From positions 362,383 through 426,382 of the forward strand of contig JAUIBF010000001.1 of the NCBI GenBank assembly GCA_030428125.1: a DNA stretch of 64,000 bases. The letters run 5' to 3'. How positions within the stretch are numbered: the stretch's first letter is position 1; the number at the start of each line of letters is the position of its first letter. Of the stretch, positions 10,097-20,183 are shown piece by piece. Both the position numbers and the translations under genes were made by a program. The notes under the pieces were generated by a model. It was not told the origin of the DNA, searched no databases, and worked only from the letters and a program-made list of their open reading frames with translations. The DNA is from a bacterium (GTDB lineage: Bacteria; Patescibacteriota; Saccharimonadia; Saccharimonadales; SZUA-47).

Positions 10097-11127
10097 AGTA
10101 CAACTCCAGCGCTTTGGCTCAGGTATACCGCCAAAGCAACAATTAAGAGCACGATTACGTCGAGTATAGGGTGGTGAGCAACAAAGTGCTCTCCTTCTAT
10201 TACAAATTTTCTAACAATTACATAGTGCTTGAATAGCCAAGCGACTGCCAGTCCTAATGCTGCGGTACTGAGGACTATGGCGATCCAAGGGGCTTTACCG
10301 TCAGTTAATTGCTGGGAAAGCGTAATTCTTTGGGATGATGCACCTTCAGGCACTGGATTGTCTGTATTGACCGGTTGGTTTACTCTTTCTGGACTTACTG
10401 GTTCAAATTGTTCAATGGGTTCAGTGTCTTCTTTGGTTTTTTCAGCAGGTTCAGGTGTAGAGCTTTCATTTGAAGCATTTTGAGTTTGCGGCTGATTGAC
10501 AGGCGCAGGAGTAGTTGTAGGCTCCGGTGATGATGAAGCACCCAAAACTGGCGCACCGTAATGTGCCACAACTATAGTTTCATTACCAGTTCCTACGAAG
10601 TTCGGACTGTTGGCGAATCCAAAACCAACTTCAGTGTATGCCCCGTCTAACATATTCTCCTTATGGCTCGGGCTATTCATCCAACCAGTAACGGTGTTGT
10701 CACTTGTTGCAAAACCGTAAGCTAAGTTCTCACCTGCTTTCTTATAATTGTAGCCTTGAGCGTCTATAAATACCCAAGGCTCTTCGCCCTCTGGGGTGTT
10801 GTGCGACCAATAGTCTCTAGCAACCATGTCATCAGCTTTTGCTTGAGCAGCTGCATTCAACTTACTGTTTAACGTTAGTGCAGCTTTGCCGTTGTTAGCC
10901 CTGCGTTGATTTGTCGAACTTAGTAGGTTATCTCTACTCATTTCTGTAGCGTATGCGAGGGTCGCTGGCTTAGAAGACTGCAGAGGCTGCCATACGTTTA
11001 GGAACAAACCTCCGATTAGCAAAATAAGCAACGGCAAGTAAGGCCAGTAGACTTTGGCATGGGTCTTGGTAAAGTGTTTTTTAGGTGGTCGTTTGCCTTT
11101 AGTAGTTAGCTTTTGTTTTTTAGACAT
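10093..11127 (-). CDS. membrane-anchored CAP/SCP (YkwD-like) domain protein
   Basis: 344 aa with a basic N-terminus and TM segment, a CAP-like core (DYWSHNTPEGEEPW, GENLAYG, GWMNSPSHKENML), a Pro/Thr/Glu linker and C-terminal TM segments. Its stop overlaps the dnaE stop. Confidence 0.75.
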   Translation of the reverse strand: MSKKQKLTTKGKRPPKKHFTKTHAKVYWPYLPLLILLIGGLFLNVWQPLQSSKPATLAYATEMSRDNLLSSTNQRRANNGKAALTLNSKLNAAAQAKADDMVARDYWSHNTPEGEEPWVFIDAQGYNYKKAGENLAYGFATSDNTVTGWMNSPSHKENMLDGAYTEVGFGFANSPNFVGTGNETIVVAHYGAPVLGASSSPEPTTTPAPVNQPQTQNASNESSTPEPAEKTKEDTEPIEQFEPVSPERVNQPVNTDNPVPEGASSQRITLSQQLTDGKAPWIAIVLSTAALGLAVAWLFKHYVIVRKFVIEGEHFVAHHPILDVIVLLIVALAVYLSQSAGVVL

Positions 11128-11138
11128 AATTTATGAGT

Positions 11139-11645
11139 TCATTTTAGCATAAGCGGACTTCTAGTAGCCTGATATAGTGCTATTCCTGCGACAACTGAAA
11201 CGTTAAATGATTCTTTGTCTCCTCTCATTGGTATTTCGAAAATTTCATCAAAAAGCTCTAGGTCTTCTTTAGAAAACCCTGTAACTTCAGGTCCAACGAA
11301 AAGTGCTGTCGGTTCGTCAGAATTAATCAGGCTTATATCCTTTGATTTGGTATGCTGTTCTACGGCGTAAATTCGATAACCTTTCTGTTTTAAAAACTTT
11401 ATTGATTCTTGTAGAGTTTCGAAATAATCCCACTCAACAGTTTCCTCGGCACCAAGCGCTGTTTTACTTATGGCAGCGTGAGCCTTTTTGCCAATATGGG
11501 GGAGTCTATCATCGCGCTTACCTGAAGGTCTGGGCGTTATACCAACAAGTATTAAACTAGCCCCGAATCCATCGCAGGTTCTAAACAGCGAACCAACGTT
11601 GTGGGTGCTTCTAATATCGGCCGCCACCAAAACAATTTTTTTCAT
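11139..11645 (-). CDS. SpoU/TrmH-family RNA 2'-O-methyltransferase
   Basis: 168 aa with SpoU motifs NVGSLFRTCDGFG, FVGPEVTGF and PMRGDKESFNVSVVAGIALY. Confidence 0.8.
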   Translation of the reverse strand: MKKIVLVAADIRSTHNVGSLFRTCDGFGASLILVGITPRPSGKRDDRLPHIGKKAHAAISKTALGAEETVEWDYFETLQESIKFLKQKGYRIYAVEQHTKSKDISLINSDEPTALFVGPEVTGFSKEDLELFDEIFEIPMRGDKESFNVSVVAGIALYQATRSPLMLK

Positions 11646-11713
11646 TATCTTTTATTTTACAGCGAAAGGTATGTACGCAAAAAACACTTATGCTTTATAA
11701 TAAGCGTTAAGTT

Positions 11714-13312
11714 ATGTCACAAGACGCTCGAATTGCTGAAGAACAATCAACTAGACGTCGTGCTCAGGTATTGGGGATGGGGTATACTGACACGTCTCAA
11801 ATCCAGCAAAAAATTCTCTATAAAGACCTACTTTCAATTCCAGAGCTCAAATCTTTAAAAGTAATTCCGATTTATGCGACAGATCATAGAATTGATTTTG
11901 GCGTGACTACTACAACCTCACAAAAAACAATGCATAATCTAAAGATGCGCTTTCCTGATCAACAAGTTAACTTTTCTATCATTAGTGATTTCGGATTCAG
12001 GGAATACGTGCAACTTTACGATCCACCTCAGAAAGTTGAATATGCGGATATAAATATCAATAAGTCGCAGTCGCCTGATTTATTGGAGCAAGTTTCAGCG
12101 ACTTTAAGTCAGGTTAAGTCAGATGACATGCTCGCCTACCTGGTGCAACAAGCATTCAGATTGCAAGCCAGCGATATCCATCTAGAGAGTAAGTTAGAAG
12201 GTGCTAGGGTTCGGATTCGTGTTCACGGTGTACTGCACACTGTGGCGATTTTGGATAAAGAAAAATATCGGATGCTGATCGCGGCACTGGCTAGTTCTGC
12301 AAATATTAGTACTAGCGCTGATTCTGACCAAACAGGACATATTAATCGTGCCTATAAAATGGCTACGGGCGAGGAGGTAACTGTAAACCTTCGTGTTGAA
12401 ACAGTTCCGGCCGTAAATGGGATTGATGCAGTACTTCGAATCTTTAACTTTAATGTGGAAATGATGAAACTCGACAACCTAGGCTTGAGTGAGCATGAAT
12501 CGACTGTGATTAGAGACATTATTAAAAATCCGTCCGGACTAGTACTGATAGTTGGACCTACGGGGTCAGGTAAAACCACAACACTCTATAGTATTCTAAA
12601 TGAGCTTAACAGTGACGAAAGAAAGATTATTACTCTTGAAGATCCTGTTGAGTATCAGATTGACGGTTTATCTCAGATTCCGGTTAAATCACGCGACGGA
12701 CAAAGTTTCGCTGACAAGTTCAGAGCAGTTTTGCGATTAGACCCAGACGTGATTATGGTTGGCGAAATTCGAGACACCGATACAGCTAAAACAGCCCTGC
12801 AGGCTGCACTTACAGGTCATCTGGTTCTGAGTACTTACCACGCAAGTTCTGCAGCGGCAGCAGTAACCAGATTGCTTGACGCCATCGGCGAAAACCCATT
12901 GTATGCAAGCGCCATCAGGCTCATACAGGCACAGAGACTAGTCAGAAGACTAGATGACTCAACCAAACAACAAATTCAACCAACACCAGAGCTGGAAGCT
13001 CATCTAAAATCCGTTATTGACGATATCCACGGGAGTGCGGATCTATCGTTCTTGCCAGAGGCAAAATTATTCAAACCAGGCACATCAGCAGAACATCCAT
13101 TTGGGTTTAACGGCCAAGTAGCGATTCGCGAATTGCTTACGATGACACCAGAGATGCAAAAATTACTTGCTAGACCAGCACATGAGCTAACAACTGATGT
13201 AATAGAGCAGACTGCTAAAAGTACGGGCATGCTTACAATGAAGCAAGAAGGCGTTGTCAAGGCACTTAAGGGCGAGACAACCTATCAAGAAATCACCCGA
13301 GTCCTTGGCTAA
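11714..13312 (+). CDS. pilB: type IV pilus / type II secretion assembly ATPase (PilB/GspE family)
   Basis: 532 aa with Walker A GPTGSGKTTT, Asp box/Walker B DPDVIMVGEIRD and His box GHLVLSTYHA. Confidence 0.85.
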   Translation: MSQDARIAEEQSTRRRAQVLGMGYTDTSQIQQKILYKDLLSIPELKSLKVIPIYATDHRIDFGVTTTTSQKTMHNLKMRFPDQQVNFSIISDFGFREYVQLYDPPQKVEYADININKSQSPDLLEQVSATLSQVKSDDMLAYLVQQAFRLQASDIHLESKLEGARVRIRVHGVLHTVAILDKEKYRMLIAALASSANISTSADSDQTGHINRAYKMATGEEVTVNLRVETVPAVNGIDAVLRIFNFNVEMMKLDNLGLSEHESTVIRDIIKNPSGLVLIVGPTGSGKTTTLYSILNELNSDERKIITLEDPVEYQIDGLSQIPVKSRDGQSFADKFRAVLRLDPDVIMVGEIRDTDTAKTALQAALTGHLVLSTYHASSAAAAVTRLLDAIGENPLYASAIRLIQAQRLVRRLDDSTKQQIQPTPELEAHLKSVIDDIHGSADLSFLPEAKLFKPGTSAEHPFGFNGQVAIRELLTMTPEMQKLLARPAHELTTDVIEQTAKSTGMLTMKQEGVVKALKGETTYQEITRVLG

Positions 13313-13355
13313 TTAGTGATATTCATCACTCGAAATGATATAATAAACATAACAA

Positions 13356-14042
13356 ATGAGTTACGAAAATCTACAAAGATCAGATATTGGTCCAGGGTCT
13401 GCTTTTGCGTTTGATAACCTACGTGAACTTGATATATTCCAGGATGTATTAGCTGGACTGATAAAACCACAATTGAATGAAAAGGTCTGGAGTAGAAGAA
13501 CTAAAATTTCTGATTTACTTCGACCTGACGGGTTTAATGGAAATATTGACGATATTGTTCTGCAAGGTATCGAAGACCCATACGAAAGATTAGTAACTTC
13601 TGAGCTTGAATTCCCTGGGCTATCAATACCTAGATACTTTCCAGCAGAAACACCGGACAGAGATTTTCTGGACGAAACAACTTTCGGGTTTGAATTCAGG
13701 GCTATTGGTTCTAGTAGTCGGGGGTTACTAGGCCTGATAAAAGCAGAAGTGTACTTTGTTGACTTAAACCCAACCAGAAAAGCTGCACGGAAGCCAAAAA
13801 AACCTTATGTTCCACAATCTGACCAAGTTGATTATGCATACTATGATGAAGAGCGCGGTGAAAAGGTCACAGTGTGGGCATGGAAAAAAGGAACACCTGA
13901 TGTGACACTTCGTAGAGTTGTGTCTAGGCCTGAGAGAGACGAAGCAGCTATGGCACAAATTCAAAATACTGGTTCTATATCTGGTGCAGGCGGACGAGGC
14001 ACTCTAGTAGGGTCTATGCCTTCTTCAAACTACAATTCTTAA
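13356..14042 (+). CDS. hypothetical protein (orphan)
   Basis: 228 aa, no motif recognised. TATAAT lies 11 nt upstream of the ATG. Codon habits match the neighbouring genes. Confidence 0.5.
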   Translation: MSYENLQRSDIGPGSAFAFDNLRELDIFQDVLAGLIKPQLNEKVWSRRTKISDLLRPDGFNGNIDDIVLQGIEDPYERLVTSELEFPGLSIPRYFPAETPDRDFLDETTFGFEFRAIGSSSRGLLGLIKAEVYFVDLNPTRKAARKPKKPYVPQSDQVDYAYYDEERGEKVTVWAWKKGTPDVTLRRVVSRPERDEAAMAQIQNTGSISGAGGRGTLVGSMPSSNYNS

Positions 14043-14047
14043 AGCTT

Positions 14048-15178
14048 TTATTTAATTGAACTTGCAACAGCCTCAACAACACCTTCATCGAATGGATTAG
14101 GGACTATTTTATCTGCAGTTGGATTTTCTACTAGAGCAGCCAAAGCTTCAGCTGCTGCAACTTTGTGATCGTCAGTAATCTTGGTAACTCCATTGTCTAG
14201 TGCGCCTCGGAATATTCCAGGAAAACCAAGAGCGTTGTTTACTTGATTAGGGAAGTCACTTCTACCCGTAGCAATTATGCTAGCTCCAGCTTCTTTTGCG
14301 ATATCCGGCATGATTTCCGGAGTCGGGTTGGCGAGTGCAAAAATCACAGGATTTTTATCCATCGATTTAACCATCGCTGCACTTAGGAGTCCTGCCTTGG
14401 AAACTCCGATAAATACATCCGCCCCTTCTACGGCGTTCTCTAAACTGCCATCTATGTTTGACCTGTTTGAGAATTCTAGTAGCTTCTTCTTTTCTTCGTT
14501 TAAGTCGGTTCGATTTGCGCTAATTATCCCTTTACTGTCAACCGCAAAGATTCTAGGTTGAGCGTACTTATGCAAGAGTTTTGCTATCGCAATTCCCGCA
14601 GCACCAGCGCCAACCAAGACAATCTTCATGTCTTTAATTTCTTTTCCGGTGACTCTCGCGGCATTTATTAGTCCTGCAAGAGTAACAATTGCAGTACCAT
14701 GCTGATCATCATGCATAATTGGCATGTCTAATTCAGCCTTTAATCTTTCCTCGATCTCAAAACATTTAGGGGCTGAGATATCTTCTAAGTTAATCCCTCC
14801 GAAACTTGGAGCGATTGCCTTCACGGCAGAAATAATTTCTTCGGTATCATGGACATCTAGAACAATGGGTACAGCATCAACGTCGGCGAAGTGCTTAAAC
14901 AACATAGCTTTACCTTCCATGACAGGCATAGCTCCCTCTGGTCCGATATCGCCAAGGCCTAAAACAGCTGAACCGTCAGATACAATCGCAACAGTGTTAT
15001 TGGTCCAAGCAACTTCTTTCAATTTTTTCGCGTTATCAGTAGCATAGCGAGATGCCTCAGCTACACCTGGTGAATAGAACAATTTCAATGTGTCAGGCGT
15101 AACTTCGCCTCGCAAGCCTGTATAAATTTTTCCTTTTAGTTTTTTATGTAGATTTAAAGCTTCTTCGTTTAAGTCCAT
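14048..15178 (-). CDS. NAD(P)-dependent malic enzyme (short form)
   Basis: 376 aa with malic-enzyme motifs VVSDGSAVLGLGDIG-like (IVSDGSAVLGLGDIGPEGAMPVMEGK), FGGINLEDI and Rossmann VLVGAGAAG. Confidence 0.9.
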   Translation of the reverse strand: MDLNEEALNLHKKLKGKIYTGLRGEVTPDTLKLFYSPGVAEASRYATDNAKKLKEVAWTNNTVAIVSDGSAVLGLGDIGPEGAMPVMEGKAMLFKHFADVDAVPIVLDVHDTEEIISAVKAIAPSFGGINLEDISAPKCFEIEERLKAELDMPIMHDDQHGTAIVTLAGLINAARVTGKEIKDMKIVLVGAGAAGIAIAKLLHKYAQPRIFAVDSKGIISANRTDLNEEKKKLLEFSNRSNIDGSLENAVEGADVFIGVSKAGLLSAAMVKSMDKNPVIFALANPTPEIMPDIAKEAGASIIATGRSDFPNQVNNALGFPGIFRGALDNGVTKITDDHKVAAAEALAALVENPTADKIVPNPFDEGVVEAVASSIK

Positions 15179-15296
15179 TTATCCCTCATTTCTTATACAT
15201 AGTTTAACGTATTTTCGGAGTACTTTACCCCTTTTAATTTGTTACCGCAAATGGTATAATGACTACAAACGAATAAAAGGTTAAGAGAAGAAAACT

Positions 15297-15818
15297 ATGC
15301 AATCTGTAATTAAAGACGTGTCCGATAGCTTCAAGAAGAAGGCTGTAGTTGACGTAAAAAGTGGTGATACAGTACGTGTCCACCAAAAGATTAAAGAAGG
15401 TAATAAAGAGCGTGTGCAGGTATTTGAAGGTTTGGTTATCAAAGTTTCTAAGAAGAACAGCCACACGGCATCAATTCTAGTTCGAAGACAAACTGGTGGT
15501 TTAGGAGTTGAAAAGAGCTACCTAATCCATAGCCCTCTTGTAACCAAGATCGAAATTACTAAGCGTGGTAAAGTCCGTCGAAACTACCTAACATACATGC
15601 GAGATCGTCGAGGTAAATCTGCACGACTTACTAATAGAGATTTTGATCGTGCTGCAGTAAACGATATTGTAGACGAAGAAGCAGAAAAAGTTGAAGCAGA
15701 AGCAAAAGCAGCTAAAGAAGCAGAACACGCAGCAAAAGCAGCTAAAGAAGCTGAAGAGAAAGCCGAACTAGAAGCAAAGCAAGCAGAAGTAGAAGCAGCT
15801 CACAAAGCATCTGAGTAA
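15297..15818 (+). CDS. rplS: 50S ribosomal protein L19 with an Ala/Glu/Lys-rich C-terminal extension
   Basis: Has an L19 core (GDTVRVHQKIKEGNKERVQVFEGLVI, HSPLVTKIEI). The roughly 50-aa tail contains a repeated AAKEAE. An extended -10 (TGgTATAAT) ends at 15260. Confidence 0.9.
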   Translation: MQSVIKDVSDSFKKKAVVDVKSGDTVRVHQKIKEGNKERVQVFEGLVIKVSKKNSHTASILVRRQTGGLGVEKSYLIHSPLVTKIEITKRGKVRRNYLTYMRDRRGKSARLTNRDFDRAAVNDIVDEEAEKVEAEAKAAKEAEHAAKAAKEAEEKAELEAKQAEVEAAHKASE

Positions 15819-15837
15819 GATTTAAATCTGATTACTA

Positions 15838-15865
15838 AAGAGACTGCAGATAGAGGTCTCTTTTT
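15838..15865 (+). terminator. intrinsic terminator after rplS
   Basis: A 7-bp stem (AAGAGAC/GTCTCTT) with an 11-nt loop, running into a T-run (to 15865). Confidence 0.6.
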
Positions 15866-15881
15866 AGTTTATGCGTTATAT

Positions 15882-16460
15882 ATGGCGTATCATGAATATA
15901 TGATTGGGGTTGATGAAGTTGGTAGAGGGGCATGGGCTGGGCCATTGCTGGTTGTAGCTGCTAGAGCAAAGCTCCATCTAGAATTACCCGAAGGCTTAAC
16001 AGATTCAAAAATGCTAACCCAAAAACAAAAGGAGCAGTTCTATGAGCAACTCTTAATTGTTTGTGATTTCGGTGAAGGTTGGGTTGAGGTTGAAGAAATT
16101 AATGAGCTTGGGCTCGCTGCTTGCTTGAGAATTGGTGTCGGTAGAGCGCTAACCAATCTAGGTGCTGAATCGGACGAGGAAATTTGTATTGATGGAAAAG
16201 TAAATATGGCTGATGATAGCTACACCCAGGCTTATGCCAGAGTAGGTGCCGACATCAGTGAGCCGGTTGTTTCAGCGGCAAGTGTTTACGCAAAAGTTAA
16301 ACGAGATAAATATATGTGGAAACTTCATTACCGAATGCCGAATTATGGTTTTAAAGAAAATGTTGGTTACGGCACCACAAAACACATCGAGGCACTAAAA
16401 AAGTTTGGCGTCACAAACCAACACCGTAAAACCTTCAAGCCAATAATGGAACTCCTCTAA
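15882..16460 (+). CDS. rnhB: ribonuclease HII
   Basis: 192 aa with active-site motif GVDEVGRGAWAGPL and DSKMLT. An alternative ATG exists at 15897. Confidence 0.9.
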   Translation: MAYHEYMIGVDEVGRGAWAGPLLVVAARAKLHLELPEGLTDSKMLTQKQKEQFYEQLLIVCDFGEGWVEVEEINELGLAACLRIGVGRALTNLGAESDEEICIDGKVNMADDSYTQAYARVGADISEPVVSAASVYAKVKRDKYMWKLHYRMPNYGFKENVGYGTTKHIEALKKFGVTNQHRKTFKPIMELL

Positions 16461-16485
16461 CTGTACAAGGACGTTCCTTGTACAG
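16461..16485 (+). other. perfect 11-bp hairpin between rnhB and yraN
   Basis: CTGTACAAGGA-CGT-TCCTTGTACAG sits directly after the rnhB stop. No T-run follows, so this may be a processing or stability element rather than a terminator. Confidence 0.5.
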
Positions 16486-16497
16486 TAAACTTTCAGC

Positions 16498-16830
16498 ATG
16501 AGTACAACAGATTCAGGTAGAAAAGCAGAGAAGCTTGTTGCAGAATACCTGAAGAAGCAGGGGCACAAAATTCTCGAAATTAACTGGCGTACCAGATGGT
16601 GTGAAATTGATATTGTCACTAAATATAAGAAAACTATTTACTTTACGGAGGTAAAATTTCGTAGCTCTGATGCGTGGGGTGATGGTTTTAGTTATATCAC
16701 TAATATGAAACTGAAACAGATGAAATTCGCAGCAGAATTCTGGATTTCAGAGAATAATTGGAGTGGAGAAGCAATTTTGCAGGCAGCTTCAGTTGACCTA
16801 GAAAACAACATAGAAATTATCGAGATTTGA
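16498..16830 (+). CDS. yraN: YraN-family (UPF0102) endonuclease-like protein
   Basis: 110 aa with the typical YraN pattern GRKAEKLVAEYLKKQGHKILEINWRTRWCEIDIV...FTEVKFR. Confidence 0.8.
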   Translation: MSTTDSGRKAEKLVAEYLKKQGHKILEINWRTRWCEIDIVTKYKKTIYFTEVKFRSSDAWGDGFSYITNMKLKQMKFAAEFWISENNWSGEAILQAASVDLENNIEIIEI

Positions 16831-16862
16831 GTAATATGAGAAATAGCTTATAATATCTTTTA

Positions 16863-17282
16863 ATGTATTTAGCAAGCCCTGAAATGTTAGCAGGTGGAAA
16901 CCCTAGGGTTGTAGAAGCCGAGCCGCAACATAGCCTAGAGAGTAGAGAAGAGTTAATTAGGTCTTTGTACCATGCTTCTTCAGCATTGGTTAAAGCTCTT
17001 GGCTTAAGATACGGAAAATTATCACCACTAGATATTTCGCTACTACCAACAGCATCTCTAACGACAAGATACGAAGACATTTCCGGTACACGATTAAGCC
17101 TTAATGCGTATTGTGATGCTTCCGACTCGCCCTATTCGCACCAGTACATGGTCAGGAACTCAGGCGGCATAATTGACCCAGTGAAACCAAATTTAAGAAC
17201 CCTGGATCAATCAATGAGTTGCTATGAATTACAGGATAGGGTATCTGCAATAGTTATAGCTGGTGCTATGCTTGATCTCTAA
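16863..17282 (+). CDS. hypothetical protein (orphan)
   Basis: 139 aa. Promoter layout is TTGAGT-N16-TATAAT(16849-16854)-N8-ATG. The 3' end overlaps the pepN 3' end by 17 nt (convergent). Confidence 0.45.
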   Translation: MYLASPEMLAGGNPRVVEAEPQHSLESREELIRSLYHASSALVKALGLRYGKLSPLDISLLPTASLTTRYEDISGTRLSLNAYCDASDSPYSHQYMVRNSGGIIDPVKPNLRTLDQSMSCYELQDRVSAIVIAGAMLDL

Positions 17283-19845
17283 ACCACTTTAGAGCGACTT
17301 CGGAATCTCGCTTTCGCCAGTCACAATTCGTTTCAATCATTTCAACTCCTTGATTGTAAGAACGCTCCAGCATCGGTTCCATGTTTGCTTCAAAAAATTT
17401 CTTAAACTCAGCCAAATACTCTTCGTCAGCAAAGTTACGAGCAGCATAAATAGGCATACGTGAGAAGCTTAAATCTGTGCCATTTGTTTCTTTAAGCCAC
17501 TTCCAGTTTTCTTTAAGCCACTTCCAAGTTTCTGCCCGTGCATATCTATTCATAAAACTATAGGCTATCCAATATGCGACATCTTGAGTTCTAATTGTGT
17601 CAGATTTTATTAAATCAAAAACTTTTTTGTGAATATTAGGTTGCTCAAAACTACACATAGCAGCCGTCAACGATAGCTTTTCGTCGCTAGACTTACTATT
17701 TTCATAGATGTTCAGTAGTTCCTTAAACTCTTTTTCATCCCCGTGACGAGCAGCTGTTGTATAAACGATGCCTCTCATATCAGGATTAATGTGGTTCTTG
17801 CCTGAAATCTTATCCTTGTAAAGTTCTAGGGCTTTTTTTACCGCATCATCCTCGTCAGCTCCAGCTGCCACCCCAATAACTAACGGTCTAAGTAATGAGT
17901 CCAAATGAGATTCATTTTCTACCTCATCCCACCCCAACCTTGCAGACTGCTTGTCGACAAGTTTATGTATGAAAGGTTTCATCGCTTCGCGCAGCGAGTT
18001 ATCTAGGTCATTTACTGATAACGTGCTACGAATGGACCCAACTGAGCCGGCAATTATTTCCCAGACGGATAAACTGTCTTCCTCAGAATAATTTAATAGC
18101 AAGTCTAGGTATTCAGAAACAGGTTGATAACCAGCTTTTGTAGCTTCAATACTATCTGCAAGAAGGCCCATCCTGTCAATGTCATCGAATTTACCTGATT
18201 TTAATGCGTTAATTTGCTTTGTTTGAATATCGTGCGAGTAATTGACGCGATAGAATCCAGTTTGGCTACGATTTAGTTTCAGAGTTCTATCCTTGCCAGA
18301 AAAAGGTACGTTTTCGCTAGGTTTACTTACAGTTTGTCTATCGAGTCCATTGGTAAGAAGTGGAATCGGCCAGATAGTCTTGTCTGAACGAGCTTTAGAT
18401 TCTGGGTTGGTAACAAATCTCTTCTGAGTAATCTTAAGGTGGTCATTATTTTCCTCAACCTCCAACAGAGGGAAGCCACTCGCAGAAGTCCAAGCGTGCA
18501 TAAATTCTTTGACAGGTTTTTTCGTAACATCTTCAAGAGCCTGCCACAAATCAACGGTGTCAGTATTTTTGTATGCGTGAGTTTTTAGGTAGTGCCGCAA
18601 TCCGTCTCTGAATCCGTCTGGTCCCAGGTAATCATGGAGCATATGTATTACGCTTGCGCCCTTTTGATAGCTGATAGCATCAAATATTGTTCTGATTTCG
18701 TCAGGGTGTTTTACTTCTACTTCGATTGGGTGCGTGTACTCTAGGGCATCAAGCTTCAATGCTAACTGCTGTTCGTCTACTACAAATTGTGTCCACAGAT
18801 GCCAATCCGGGAAAAGTTTATCGACAGCAAGATACTCCATCCAGCTAGCGAATCCTTCGTTTAACCACAAGTCAGTCCACCAGCGCATTGTTACCAGATT
18901 GCCGAACCATTGGTGAGTTAATTCATGCGCTACAACCAGAGCCACCCACTGCTTTGTGCTTTTAGACGTTTGCTCCGGGTTAAATAGTAGAGCTTGTTCT
19001 CTGAACGTAATTAAGCCCCAGTTTTCCATAGCTCCACTAGCAAAATCAGGTAATGCAACAAAGTCGCATTTTTCTAAAGGGAATGGGATATCATAGTAGT
19101 CCTCGTAGAAGTCCATGCATTTTGCTGCAACATCTAACGCAAACTCGGTATTCTCTATTTGGTCAGTAGTAGCGAACGTTCGGATCAATACTCCACTTTT
19201 ACTTTTTGTCTCTTTAGATTCTATATCTCCGACTACAAAAGCCAGAAGGTAGGTGCTCATTATTGGAGTTTTGGCGAATGTTGTAATAGTTTTCATCCCT
19301 GTAGTTTTCTCATTAACCGAAGATGTATTACTAAGCGCAACTTCGTCTTTAGAGTGCGTAAGTGTAAATTCAAACGTAGCCTTGGCTTCAGGTTCATCGA
19401 CACAGGGGAAAGCTTCGCGAGCATGATGGCTTTCGAATTGTGTGGCAATGATTTTCTTTGTTTCATCGCCTACTTTAAATTTACTAGGGTAAACACCGTC
19501 CATATTGTCGGTAATTTTGCCAGAGAATTCTAGCTCGATCTTATATTCGCCAGGATATACTGTTTCGTCGAAATGGAATCTTACTTCGTCGAGGCTATTT
19601 TGAATAACAGATCTACTAATCTTTAATTCTCTTGGACCTGACTTTTTGTCGAGTTTCGTTACTTTGGGGTTGGTGATTTTCAAGCCCTTTTGATGAAGTG
19701 TAATCCGCTCTGAGGGTTTGCCGGTTTTAGACCCATCAATCACCACCGAACCAGAGAAAGAGCTCTTGTCTTTGGAAATTTCAAAATTAATATTGTAGTT
19801 TGTCGGAGCAAATTGCTCATATAGTCTCGTTACCTTTTTAGCCAT
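17266..19845 (-). CDS. pepN: aminopeptidase N (M1 family)
   Basis: 859 aa with the GAMENWG exopeptidase motif and HELTHQWFGNLVT...WLNEGFA zinc site. Confidence 0.9.
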   Translation of the reverse strand: MAKKVTRLYEQFAPTNYNINFEISKDKSSFSGSVVIDGSKTGKPSERITLHQKGLKITNPKVTKLDKKSGPRELKISRSVIQNSLDEVRFHFDETVYPGEYKIELEFSGKITDNMDGVYPSKFKVGDETKKIIATQFESHHAREAFPCVDEPEAKATFEFTLTHSKDEVALSNTSSVNEKTTGMKTITTFAKTPIMSTYLLAFVVGDIESKETKSKSGVLIRTFATTDQIENTEFALDVAAKCMDFYEDYYDIPFPLEKCDFVALPDFASGAMENWGLITFREQALLFNPEQTSKSTKQWVALVVAHELTHQWFGNLVTMRWWTDLWLNEGFASWMEYLAVDKLFPDWHLWTQFVVDEQQLALKLDALEYTHPIEVEVKHPDEIRTIFDAISYQKGASVIHMLHDYLGPDGFRDGLRHYLKTHAYKNTDTVDLWQALEDVTKKPVKEFMHAWTSASGFPLLEVEENNDHLKITQKRFVTNPESKARSDKTIWPIPLLTNGLDRQTVSKPSENVPFSGKDRTLKLNRSQTGFYRVNYSHDIQTKQINALKSGKFDDIDRMGLLADSIEATKAGYQPVSEYLDLLLNYSEEDSLSVWEIIAGSVGSIRSTLSVNDLDNSLREAMKPFIHKLVDKQSARLGWDEVENESHLDSLLRPLVIGVAAGADEDDAVKKALELYKDKISGKNHINPDMRGIVYTTAARHGDEKEFKELLNIYENSKSSDEKLSLTAAMCSFEQPNIHKKVFDLIKSDTIRTQDVAYWIAYSFMNRYARAETWKWLKENWKWLKETNGTDLSFSRMPIYAARNFADEEYLAEFKKFFEANMEPMLERSYNQGVEMIETNCDWRKRDSEVALKWFRDQA

Positions 19846-19948
19846 CCCAGTAGTAAAACCCCTTATTCCTTAGATTTTAGCCGTTTAGTAGTTTATAAAC
19901 GGGCTCATATTACATCTAGTGTAACAGGGATGAGGTAACTATTACTAC

Positions 19949-19977
19949 TTGACTTATAGTAAAAAGTATGATATTAT
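19949..19977 (+). promoter_or_regulatory. sigma-70-type promoter at the head of the nusA leader
   Basis: TTGACT(19949-19954)-N17-TATTAT(19972-19977). A second extended -10, TGgTATACT, lies at 20007-20015. Confidence 0.5.
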
Positions 19978-20025
19978 GAAGGTATAGGGTGTATTTCATA
20001 ATTATGTGGTATACTGGACTTAGTA

Positions 20026-20051
20026 TCCGACCGACTCAGGCCGGATTTTTT
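20026..20051 (+). terminator. intrinsic terminator-like hairpin in the nusA leader
   Basis: Stem TCCGACC/GGCCGGA (one mismatch), 6-nt loop, then T6 (20046-20051). Confidence 0.55.
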
Positions 20052-20153
20052 CTTTAAAAAGCCAGGTCATCAATTCTCTGCCGAACAGCAGAGCTGTCCG
20101 CACTAGAATTGACTCTTGGAATATATTGTTTGTTTTTCAGCAAAATACTCATC

Positions 20154-20183
20154 GCTGTATTTAATACAGCTCTTCCGTTTTTT
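20154..20183 (+). terminator. second terminator-like hairpin in the nusA leader
   Basis: Stem GCTGTAT-TTA-ATACAGC (7 bp, perfect). T6 at 20178-20183 follows a 7-nt spacer. Confidence 0.4.

Noticed and set aside
11342-11858. Plus-strand ORFs at 11342-11560, 11488-11700 and 11601-11858, which overlap the SpoU gene and the pilB promoter and start.
   Set aside because: They lie opposite or out of frame with motif-supported genes, and their translations look non-protein-like.
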